The notes under the pieces were generated by a model. The model was not told the DNA's origin. It worked only from the letters and a program-made list of their open reading frames with translations, and ran no database searches. Both the position numbers and the translations under genes were made by a program. Shown here piece by piece: positions 21,584 through 28,871 of a stretch of 32,000 bases of DNA. Within the stretch, counting starts at the first letter, position 1, and every line of letters starts with the position of its first letter. Origin of the DNA: Synechococcus elongatus PCC 6301 (GTDB lineage Bacteria > Cyanobacteriota > Cyanobacteriia > Synechococcales > Synechococcaceae); the NCBI RefSeq assembly GCF_000010065.1, contig NC_006576.1:1731522-1763521 (forward strand). Reading direction: 5' to 3'.

Positions 21584-22152
21584 TGGGATTGAGTTTTCTT
21601 ACCAAGCCTTACAAATCCCTTGGCCGGCGGCGTCGCTCTCAACGAGGCTTTAGCATAACTGAAGTTATCGTTGCTGCCATCCTGACCATTTTGATCGCTC
21701 AGGCAACAACTGCTGCTTTAGTGGTTAATGCTCGAACTCAGGGCACCTCTGTCGAAGAGTCGCAATTTCTGAGGATTGTTAACCAAGATGTTGAGCGAGT
21801 CCGAGATGTTGCTAGTGCACTGTGTAGAAGCTCAACTTCTCCCTTGAGCTACAACGGTTGCAATCCTCCAACTAATCCCAGCTTGAAACAACGCTGTGAC
21901 AGTACAAGTTCTAATGCTGGGCTGGCACAATTACTTTCAAGTAGCCTACCCGCTTTCTCTGACAATATATTTACAAGTAAAAATCGTTCGACTGTGACGA
22001 TCACTAGAACTTCCTCTATCCCGACTGTCCCGGGTGCCTCATCTTTCTCTGTGTTACGTCTGGCCTATACTTCATCTGGTCTATCACCGAATTTATCGTA
22101 TGTGACGGAAGTGGTGCCGGACGTCGTCGGTTGGTGCTCAACTGCCATTTAA
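21583..22152 (+). CDS. Type IV minor pilin, PilV-like, copy 2
   Basis: RG|FSITEVIVAAILTILIAQATTAAL. The provided ORF starts at 21559, but an in-frame GTG at 21583 overlaps the upstream stop (TAGTG) and has GGGAGG at suitable distance. Confidence 0.82.
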   Translation: MGLSFLTKPYKSLGRRRRSQRGFSITEVIVAAILTILIAQATTAALVVNARTQGTSVEESQFLRIVNQDVERVRDVASALCRSSTSPLSYNGCNPPTNPSLKQRCDSTSSNAGLAQLLSSSLPAFSDNIFTSKNRSTVTITRTSSIPTVPGASSFSVLRLAYTSSGLSPNLSYVTEVVPDVVGWCSTAI

Positions 22153-22194
22153 AAACCTTCATTCAACTGATCACTAGTTTTTACAGGCATATCC

Positions 22195-23427
22195 ATGAAG
22201 AGCGATAACTTAAGTGCCTTGCTAAGAATCTATTGGGCTCTAGTACCCAAGGATGAAGCGCGATCGCAGCAAGGGTTTACGATTACCGAGTTATTGGTCG
22301 CCAGTACCATTGGTATCATTGTGATTTTGGGCGGAGGCTATCTGCTTAAGACTAATCTCGATGTCGATCGTGTTAGCTCTACCAACTCAGCTCAAAGGAA
22401 TATTCAAAATCGAGCCTTAGATTTTATTAGTAATGAAATTAGGCGGGCCAATGCTGTTGTGAGTTCAAGCTCTCGTTCCTGTAACGGAGTAACGCCAGTC
22501 CTCAGTATTCGAGTACCTGATCCGAGCAACTCTACGAGCACTTCCGCAGTCAGAATTATCGACTACGCCGTTGCTACTCCAGCTGCTCCTTGGCAAACGA
22601 CTAGTAATGCTCGGGCGATTTATCGATGTGGCCCAGAGATTAACAGTTCTGGTCAATATGATTTCACTTCTTCCACAACCGTGACTGACCTGCTCGTTGA
22701 TCGAGTTGCAAATGCTAACCCTACGGCAAGCGGTGTTTGTAGCAATCTTAATGCCAATGCAATTACTTCACCTTTTTCGGGCTCAGCAACAACTAGTGGA
22801 ACAAACGGTTTAGTTGTTCGCTACGAAGCAAGTGATCCGCGATCGGCTCAAGTCTTGATTGCCTTCTTGCGAAACGTAGGGAATGGAGGTTCTCCAGGTA
22901 CCGACTGCGTCACGAATATTGTTGCTGCTCGCGCGATTGATCCTGCCAATATTGCGTCTAGCCCATCGCCTAGCCCTACGCCGACACCCACGCCTACGCC
23001 GAGCCCATCTCCTACTCCGTCACCTAGCCCTACGCCGACACCCACGCCTACGCCGAGCCCATCTCCCACTCCGTCACCTAGCCCTACGCCGACACCCACG
23101 CCCACGCCAAGCCCATCACCTGCGCCGACTCCCGTTTCTATCTCAATTGCCTCAATTTCTGGTGGAGGTAATAACTCAACTGTTGGGCTTAACCTTGGTA
23201 GCCTTAGTTTGCTCGCAGGTGTAACCGGTTTCAGGATTTTTGGTTGCACACAAAACAATAGTACCTGTACACCTTCCACGGGCGGTACGCCGACCTTAAC
23301 TACTTCATCCACTACCCCTACTATTCCAAATATCGACTTGCAAGGTAATAGGAGAGCTTGTTTTACTGCTCAAGCAGTTGGACCTCTCAATATTGTTTTA
23401 GGAACTTCTACTGTGTGCACAAATTAA
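22195..23427 (+). CDS. Type IV minor pilin, PilW-like, copy 2, with Ser/Thr-Pro repeat linker and extra C-terminal domain
   Basis: QG|[35 protein letters not shown]; paralogous to 19274..19966 up to about residue 250, then [18 protein letters not shown] repeats and a Cys-containing tail. Confidence 0.85.
   Translation: MKSDNLSALLRIYWALVPKDEARSQQGFTITELLVASTIGIIVILGGGYLLKTNLDVDRVSSTNSAQRNIQNRALDFISNEIRRANAVVSSSSRSCNGVTPVLSIRVPDPSNSTSTSAVRIIDYAVATPAAPWQTTSNARAIYRCGPEINSSGQYDFTSSTTVTDLLVDRVANANPTASGVCSNLNANAITSPFSGSATTSGTNGLVVRYEASDPRSAQVLIAFLRNVGNGGSPGTDCVTNIVAARAIDPANIASSPSPSPTPTPTPTPSPSPTPSPSPTPTPTPTPSPSPTPSPSPTPTPTPTPSPSPAPTPVSISIASISGGGNNSTVGLNLGSLSLLAGVTGFRIFGCTQNNSTCTPSTGGTPTLTTSSTTPTIPNIDLQGNRRACFTAQAVGPLNIVLGTSTVCTN
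22966..23127 (+). repeat. Three tandem copies of a 54-bp in-frame repeat encoding [18 protein letters not shown] (third copy diverged)
   Basis: Units at 22966-23019, 23020-23073 and 23074-23127. Units 1 and 2 differ at about two bases by eye; unit 3 ends ...SPSPAP. Confidence 0.95.
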
Positions 23428-23438
23428 GTTCTATTCTT

Positions 23439-24317
23439 GTGAATTTTGACTTGAAGCCTCTAAATTTGATAAAAACTATTTATGATTTCAGTCGACAAGA
23501 GGTTCTTTTAACTGAAACTGAGTTGTTTCAGTTACTCCAAAGCTTTGAGGACTGTCCACCTCGTGAGAGTCTACAAAGTTCCTCTTTTCAGTGGAGGAAC
23601 CTGTTGTTTTCTCAGGTGTCAGCGGGTAATACGACTTACTGGTATTCCCAACAAATACCGATTCAAATCAATTCAAATTTAAGTGGTATTGCCAACCATC
23701 TAGCTGTAGAGTCTTCAACAGGGAAGCCAGATATTTTATATTGGCGAATCCTTGATTTTTTAAGCCCTGAAAAGCTACAACAGCTTTGGAATTATTTACT
23801 AACTGCCCGATCGCAATTTAATCCGGCTCACAACTCCGCAGGTTTGAATAACTATCGACAATCTCTTTTTACTGCTCCTCCTCCTGAAATTTATTCCGAG
23901 ATCAGTGAAAAGATTTTAGGTGCTTTGATACCAATTGCCGATGAGCTGCCCAATTCCTCACAAGAAATTGGCGAGATAGAGATGCAAATAACAGCTCACA
24001 ACGATGGTCATTATTACAAAATTCATAATGATAACGGCAGTCCTGATACAGCTACACGTTTTCTCACTTACGTTTACTACTTCTATCGACAACCCAAACC
24101 ATTTACTGGTGGCGAGCTGCGACTGTATGAACTTGCTATCAAAGATGGCTTTTACGTTGCAGGCGATCGCTATCAAGACATTGAACCGCTACACAATAGC
24201 CTGATTGTTTTCCCAAGCCACTACATGCACGAAGTTCTACCGATTCGATGTCCTTCTCAGCGATTTGAGGATAGCCGCTTTACAGTTAATGGTTGGATTC
24301 GAGTTGCTATTGACTGA
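23439..24317 (+). CDS. 2-oxoglutarate/Fe(II)-dependent dioxygenase, prolyl-4-hydroxylase-like catalytic domain
   Basis: Contains HYYKIHNDNG (HxD), TRFLTYVYYFYRQPKPFTGGELRLYE, NSLIVFPSHYMHEVLPI (distal His) and RFTVNGWIRV (2OG-binding Arg). In-frame GTG at 23439 lies 11 nt after the pilin stop; the provided ORF starts at 23358 inside the pilin gene. Confidence 0.82.
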   Translation: MNFDLKPLNLIKTIYDFSRQEVLLTETELFQLLQSFEDCPPRESLQSSSFQWRNLLFSQVSAGNTTYWYSQQIPIQINSNLSGIANHLAVESSTGKPDILYWRILDFLSPEKLQQLWNYLLTARSQFNPAHNSAGLNNYRQSLFTAPPPEIYSEISEKILGALIPIADELPNSSQEIGEIEMQITAHNDGHYYKIHNDNGSPDTATRFLTYVYYFYRQPKPFTGGELRLYELAIKDGFYVAGDRYQDIEPLHNSLIVFPSHYMHEVLPIRCPSQRFEDSRFTVNGWIRVAID

Positions 24318-24321
24318 TTTT

Positions 24322-24873
24322 CTAGCTTGAAGTTCGACAGCTACCGCTTTGCACAGTACCAGTTCTGACTAGCCCTAGGGGTCGTGCAAGAACGACACAG
24401 CGTTGTACTGGCGTTAATGTACTACTCAAGCGAATTTCTTGGGTTGCATTACCTGTCCAGTAAACATTGCCGCTGGGATATGCGAGTACGTTTGAACTTA
24501 GATTCTGAGCTACTGTGATTTGATTTCTAGCAAAGCTACGACTACGTAAAAGACAATTCCCCGTGGGTGCTGCTGTTGTATCACGGTTAATTCCACCAGC
24601 AACAAGATCAGTGGCTTTCAAGGTACAGGTTCGATTTAACCGCTGAGCTTCACGTTGCATCTCTAGAATGGCTGACTGTACTTCTGAAGTAGCTTGATCT
24701 AGCTCTTGCTGACCCAAAAAACCAGCCACGCTAGGTCCTGCGATCGCGGCTAGAATCCCTGCCACAATTAAAACGACTAAGATCTCAGTGATTGTAAAAC
24801 CTTGCGATCGCACTGCTCGGCGTAAATGAGCATAAAGTAAACGCTGCTCTAAGACGAGTTTTAATCGTGACAT
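24322..24873 (-). CDS. Type IV minor pilin, FimT/GspH-like
   Basis: SQG|FTITEILVVLIVAGILAAIAGPSVAGFLGQQELDQATSEVQSAILEMQREAQR. ORF extends to 24888; MSRLKL at 24873 is an alternative start. Confidence 0.85.
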   Translation of the reverse strand: MSRLKLVLEQRLLYAHLRRAVRSQGFTITEILVVLIVAGILAAIAGPSVAGFLGQQELDQATSEVQSAILEMQREAQRLNRTCTLKATDLVAGGINRDTTAAPTGNCLLRSRSFARNQITVAQNLSSNVLAYPSGNVYWTGNATQEIRLSSTLTPVQRCVVLARPLGLVRTGTVQSGSCRTSS

Positions 24874-25388
24874 TGCTAACCTTTCCATCCCAACGCGATC
24901 GCAGCTTACCTCTATTCTCGCAAACGATGCAGGGATTAGCTTGCCCTAGGCGAGCGATCTTGTGCCAAAGACCGATCGCCTGGCCTTTCCTGATCAATAC
25001 TCAGTGACTCTCTAACTATAGTCAGCGCATGATCAACAGAGGCTACCTAGTAAAAAAGATAGGACTGGTGTAGTCGAATAAGGATCAGCTTATCTTCAAC
25101 AACAACTCACTACGCTCAAACATTGCTTAGCTACTCTCTGAGACTGTCGCGATCGCCTTCAACCCCTGCCAGAGTAGTACTGCCAATGTCTGAATTCTTG
25201 TTGTGTCTACCGCTTCTCCTGCGCAGAGAGTAGATCAGTGATCGACCCCAAGAACTCTCTGGTATTCCAAAGAAACCAGTAATCTCCTATCCATTAGTGA
25301 TAGCGATCGCTGTTGGGGCGGATTTCTCGCCTGCCAGCATCAAGGCCCGAGTGTCAGAGTAGAAGGAGAACCCTTCAGAGGCAGACTG

Positions 25389-25763
25389 ATGACCGACGTA
25401 CTGCCCACGATCGAACTGTTTGATGGCATCGCTGAAGAACTCGATAACGTCAGCTTGCGGCGCGATCGCCAATCCGGCACCCGCAATGTCTTGCTCCGCT
25501 TCCGTGCCCTCAAAGCCCTTGATCGCTTCAATAGTTTCCGAAGCCGCTTTTCCAAAGCGATTCGCCTCACCGATAGTGAAGGGGCAATCGAACTTTGGCC
25601 CGACTCCTCCAAGTTGGTGTTTGGCGGTGATGACGGCGATGAACTGGACCGCGTCGAGTTTGTCGTCCCGATCGACAATGAAGACCACTGGCAACGCTTC
25701 ATGCGATTTATGGAGCGCTACGCTGCGGCCAATGACATGACCTACGGCGATCGCCAGGCATAA
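25389..25763 (+). CDS. Psb28-family protein (photosystem II assembly factor family)
   Basis: IELFDGIAEE...VSLRRDRQSGTRNVLLRF...DHWQRFMRFMERYAAANDMTY matches the Psb28 pattern (RSxxGxxGTATFxFExP ... W.RFMRFMERYA.xNGL). Confidence 0.8.
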   Translation: MTDVLPTIELFDGIAEELDNVSLRRDRQSGTRNVLLRFRALKALDRFNSFRSRFSKAIRLTDSEGAIELWPDSSKLVFGGDDGDELDRVEFVVPIDNEDHWQRFMRFMERYAAANDMTYGDRQA

Positions 25764-25778
25764 CGACGGGAGATAGGT

Positions 25779-26675
25779 GTGAAGATTGCGATTACGGGTG
25801 CGACAGGCTTCGTTGGGCAGCGCTTAGTCGAACGACTGCAGGCCGAGGGTCACGAACTGCGCATTCTCAGTCAGCGACCGACTGTGGCGCAGCAACTGAC
25901 GGGCTGCCAAGTCTTCGATACTGCGACTGAAACGAGCTGGTTAGCAGCGCTAGAAGGTGCTGATGCAGTCGTCAATTTAGCGGGGGAACCGATCGCAGAA
26001 CAACGCTGGACACCAGCCCAAAAACAACGCCTTAAAAACAGTCGTGTTCAAACCACTCGGGCCTTGGTGACTGCGATCACGGCCGCAACCCAGAAACCCC
26101 AAGTCCTCGTCACTGCCTCTGCGATCGGCTACTACGGCACCAGCGAAACGGCGCAATTTACGGAGGAGAGTGCTGCTGGACAGGATTACCTCGCGGAAAT
26201 TTGCCAAGCCTGGGAACAGGAGGCGCAAGCGGTAACAGTGAGTGGGACCCGTTTGGTGACCCTGCGAATTGGAATTGTTGTTGGCCCAGGTGGCGCGATC
26301 GGCAAAATGCTTGGTCCCTTCAAGCTGTTTGCTGGTGGCCCGATCGGCAGCGGTCGGCAGTGGGTCTCTTGGATTCAACGAGAAGACTTGGTCTCGCTGA
26401 TTCTGGAAGCGATCGCTAATCCCAGCTATCAAGGGACTTACAACGCCACAGCGCCACAGGCAGTGCGAATGGCTGACCTCAGTGCCACCCTTGGTGAAGT
26501 CCTACAGCGGCCATCTTGGTTGCCAGTGCCGGCGTTTGCCCTCGAAGCACTCCTGGGTGAAGGGGCGCTACTAGTTCTGGAAGGTCAGCAAGTGCTGCCC
26601 AAACGCTTGGAAGCCGCGGGTTTTCAATTCCGCTATCCCGATCTGAAATCAGCGCTGCAGCAATTCCTGCCCTAG
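25779..26675 (+). CDS. NAD-dependent epimerase, TIGR01777/YfcH family
   Basis: MKIAITGATGFVGQRLVERLQAEGHE, ADAVVNLAGEPIAEQRWTPAQKQRLKNSRVQTTRAL, SAIGYYGTS, VLVLEGQQVLPKRLEAAGFQFRYP. Confidence 0.93.
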   Translation: MKIAITGATGFVGQRLVERLQAEGHELRILSQRPTVAQQLTGCQVFDTATETSWLAALEGADAVVNLAGEPIAEQRWTPAQKQRLKNSRVQTTRALVTAITAATQKPQVLVTASAIGYYGTSETAQFTEESAAGQDYLAEICQAWEQEAQAVTVSGTRLVTLRIGIVVGPGGAIGKMLGPFKLFAGGPIGSGRQWVSWIQREDLVSLILEAIANPSYQGTYNATAPQAVRMADLSATLGEVLQRPSWLPVPAFALEALLGEGALLVLEGQQVLPKRLEAAGFQFRYPDLKSALQQFLP

Positions 26676-26983
26676 CTGACAACCGCCATCGGAGCGATCG
26701 CCGCAGGCGTGAGCGATCGCTTCAGGATGACAAGTTGAATCAGGCCGCAAATCACCGTCAAGCCACAGAGGATAAAGGTGGGAGCGGCAACCACACCCAC
26801 TGCCCACCAGCTATAGACATGGAGCACCATCAAGATCGCTGGCAGCGCTCCAGCCAGGGCGAGGCTGCGTTGCCAAATGCGAGGGGCTTCCGCCAATACC
26901 AGCAAAATCGCACTGAAGGTCAGCAGAATCGTCAGCGGTACCAAGGCGCCACAAAGGGCGATACAGTGCTCACGCGAAAACAT
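26672..26983 (-). CDS. Small hypothetical membrane protein (about 3 TM segments)
   Basis: Hydrophobic segments VPLTILLTFSAILLVLAE, LALAGALPAILMVLHVYSWWAVGVVAAPTFILCGLTVICGLIQLVIL. ORF to 27049; Met at 26983 is the likely start. Confidence 0.6.
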   Translation of the reverse strand: MFSREHCIALCGALVPLTILLTFSAILLVLAEAPRIWQRSLALAGALPAILMVLHVYSWWAVGVVAAPTFILCGLTVICGLIQLVILKRSLTPAAIAPMAVVS

Positions 26984-27146
26984 CGACAGACTGCACAACC
27001 AAGACACGCGATCGCAAACTCCTACCGAAACAGAGACCGGCGATAGCACGGCTCGCTGATCAGCCTAACGCTGATACCAGAGAAAAACCGCGAACCGTAA
27101 CGATCGGTGAGTATTTGCTCAGATTCGCAGCATCGAGCGATCGGCT

Positions 27147-28547
27147 TTAACAAGTGGCTTCCAAGCGTTGCCGCACAGAGGCCAAGGCTGATCGTACTTG
27201 CTCAAAACCCGTGCCACCCAAGCTGTTGCGGGCTGCAACAACCTGTTGCGGTGCGATCGCTGTGTAGATGTCGGCTTCAAACTGCGGGTGTAGAGCCTGC
27301 CATTCAGCCAAGCTCAAATCCTTCAGGAGTTTGCCTTGCTCCAAACAGGTGCGCACCACGCGACCGACGAGGTTGTAGGCTTCTCGGAAAGGCACACCCC
27401 GCGCTGCCAAGTAGTCTGCGACATCTGTAGCATTGGAAAAATCGGCTTCGACCGCTGCCGCTAGGCGATCGGGCTGGAAGCTCAGACCTTCTGCAAACAA
27501 AATCGTCATGGCTTCGAGGCAGCTTTCCACGGTTTGCACTGCGTCAAACAAGCCTTCTTTGTCTTCCTGCAAGTCCTTGTTGTAGGCCAACGGTAAGCCT
27601 TTCAAAACGACGAGCAGCGCTTGCAGATGCCCAAACACCCGTCCCGTCTTGCCCCGCACTAGCTCTGGCACATCAGGATTTTTCTTCTGCGGCGTGATAC
27701 TGGAGCCAGTGGCGCAGCGATCGCTGAGGCGAACAAAGCGAAACTCCTCCGAAGCCCAGAGGATCACTTCCTCAGCCAAGCGGCTGAGGTGCACCATGAT
27801 CAAGCTGGCGGCTGCCAGAAATTCCACGAGACTATCGCGATCGCTGACGGCATCCAAGCTGTTGGCGTAGATGCGTTCAAAGCCGAGTAATGCCGCCGTG
27901 CGCTGGCGATCGATTGGGAAAGTTGTCCCCGCCAAGGCCCCTGCGCCCAAAGGAGAGGTATTCAGGCGCTTGCGCAGGTCGCCTAATCGTTCCCAATCAC
28001 GCTCTGCCATCTCTAAGTAGGCATGGAGATGATGTGCCAAGCTCAAGGGCTGGGCGCGTTGCAGGTGGGTATAGCCCGGAATTAATGTCTCAAGGTGTTG
28101 CTCGGCTTGGCTCAGTAGAACACGCTGATAGTCACGCAATTGCTGACGAATGTGATCGACGCGGTCGCGCAGATAGAGCCGCGTATCTGTACCCACTTGG
28201 TCATTGCGCGATCGGGCGGTGTGGAGCTTTTTACCAACATCGCCGAGGAGTTCTGTCAGTCGCCGTTCCACCGCAAAGTGGACATCCTCAGCATCCAATC
28301 CTGGCTGGAATTGACCGGTGCGATATTCACTGCGAATCTGCTCAAGCCCAGCGACGATCGCCTCACCTTCCTCGCGGCTGATGATGTCTTGCTCTGCCAG
28401 CATTTGCGCATGCGCCTGGGACCCCGTGAGGTCATATTCGATCAGCGCCAGATCAAAACCGATACTGGCATTGAAAACCACGATCGCTGGATGGAGCGCT
28501 GTCTCGAAGCGATCGCTCCAGGGTTGTGGGGCAGCAGCTTGGGTCAC
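27147..28547 (-). CDS. argH: Argininosuccinate lyase
   Basis: [64 protein letters not shown], signature [12 protein letters not shown]. The provided ORF begins with TTG at 28571; GTG at 28547 is a plausible start. Confidence 0.96.
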   Translation of the reverse strand: MTQAAAPQPWSDRFETALHPAIVVFNASIGFDLALIEYDLTGSQAHAQMLAEQDIISREEGEAIVAGLEQIRSEYRTGQFQPGLDAEDVHFAVERRLTELLGDVGKKLHTARSRNDQVGTDTRLYLRDRVDHIRQQLRDYQRVLLSQAEQHLETLIPGYTHLQRAQPLSLAHHLHAYLEMAERDWERLGDLRKRLNTSPLGAGALAGTTFPIDRQRTAALLGFERIYANSLDAVSDRDSLVEFLAAASLIMVHLSRLAEEVILWASEEFRFVRLSDRCATGSSITPQKKNPDVPELVRGKTGRVFGHLQALLVVLKGLPLAYNKDLQEDKEGLFDAVQTVESCLEAMTILFAEGLSFQPDRLAAAVEADFSNATDVADYLAARGVPFREAYNLVGRVVRTCLEQGKLLKDLSLAEWQALHPQFEADIYTAIAPQQVVAARNSLGGTGFEQVRSALASVRQRLEATC

Positions 28548-28654
28548 CAGAATCTTTGTGCGGAAGGCCAAAGGCGATCATAGTCCCGACTGGCCTGTTA
28601 GGGGCAGCCAGACTGCAGCCCGGCCAAAGGCGCGATCGCCTCGGGGACTCACAA

Positions 28655-28816
28655 TCAGCCGTAGCTGGTGAACTTGGCAACAAAATAACCAAACGCCATC
28701 CCAAACAGCGCTGCCCAAGCCTGACCAGAACTGACAAAGCCCTCCCAAGCCTGGCGCATATTTTGAAGGACATCGCTATTGCTGACGTCAATGGCAAACC
28801 GGACCGCTTCTAGCAT
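28655..28816 (-). CDS. Small 53-aa protein, probable single C-terminal TM segment (below the ORF-track length cutoff)
   Basis: Manual translation: MLEAVRFAIDVSNSDVLQNMRQAWEGFVSSGQAWAALFGMAFGYFVAKFTSYG*. Amphipathic N-terminus followed by a Gly/Ala-rich hydrophobic helix; occupies the gap between argH and the phosphatase gene. Confidence 0.5.
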   Translation of the reverse strand: MLEAVRFAIDVSNSDVLQNMRQAWEGFVSSGQAWAALFGMAFGYFVAKFTSYG

Positions 28817-28871
28817 TGTTGCGTTTCCACAAAAGGGTCTACAGCAGATCGCTCACCGATCCATCGTCTCG

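Noticed and set aside
22965-23133. Interpretation of the Pro-rich repeat as a collagen-like sequence
   Set aside because: No Gly-X-Y periodicity; the sequence is Ser-Pro/Thr-Pro, closer to extensin-type or generic bacterial linker sequence.
22883-23224. 113-aa plus-strand ORF with [14 protein letters not shown] repeats
   Set aside because: Frame-shifted reading of the same 54-bp repeats within the pilin gene.
22848-23312. 154-aa minus-strand ORF rich in [10 protein letters not shown]
   Set aside because: It is the antisense translation of the Ser/Thr-Pro repeat in the pilin gene. Its low complexity is a direct consequence of the repeat, and the sense frame has pilin signal and paralogy.
25287-25694. 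135-aa minus-strand ORF, and 25340..25702 (-)
   Set aside because: They overlap the plus-strand Psb28-family ORF, which has recognisable family motifs; the minus frames have none.
28526-28813. 95-aa plus ORF and 28453..28797 minus ORF
   Set aside because: No recognisable motifs and partial overlap with argH. The shorter minus-strand ORF at 28655-28816 has more protein-like hydrophobic patterning.
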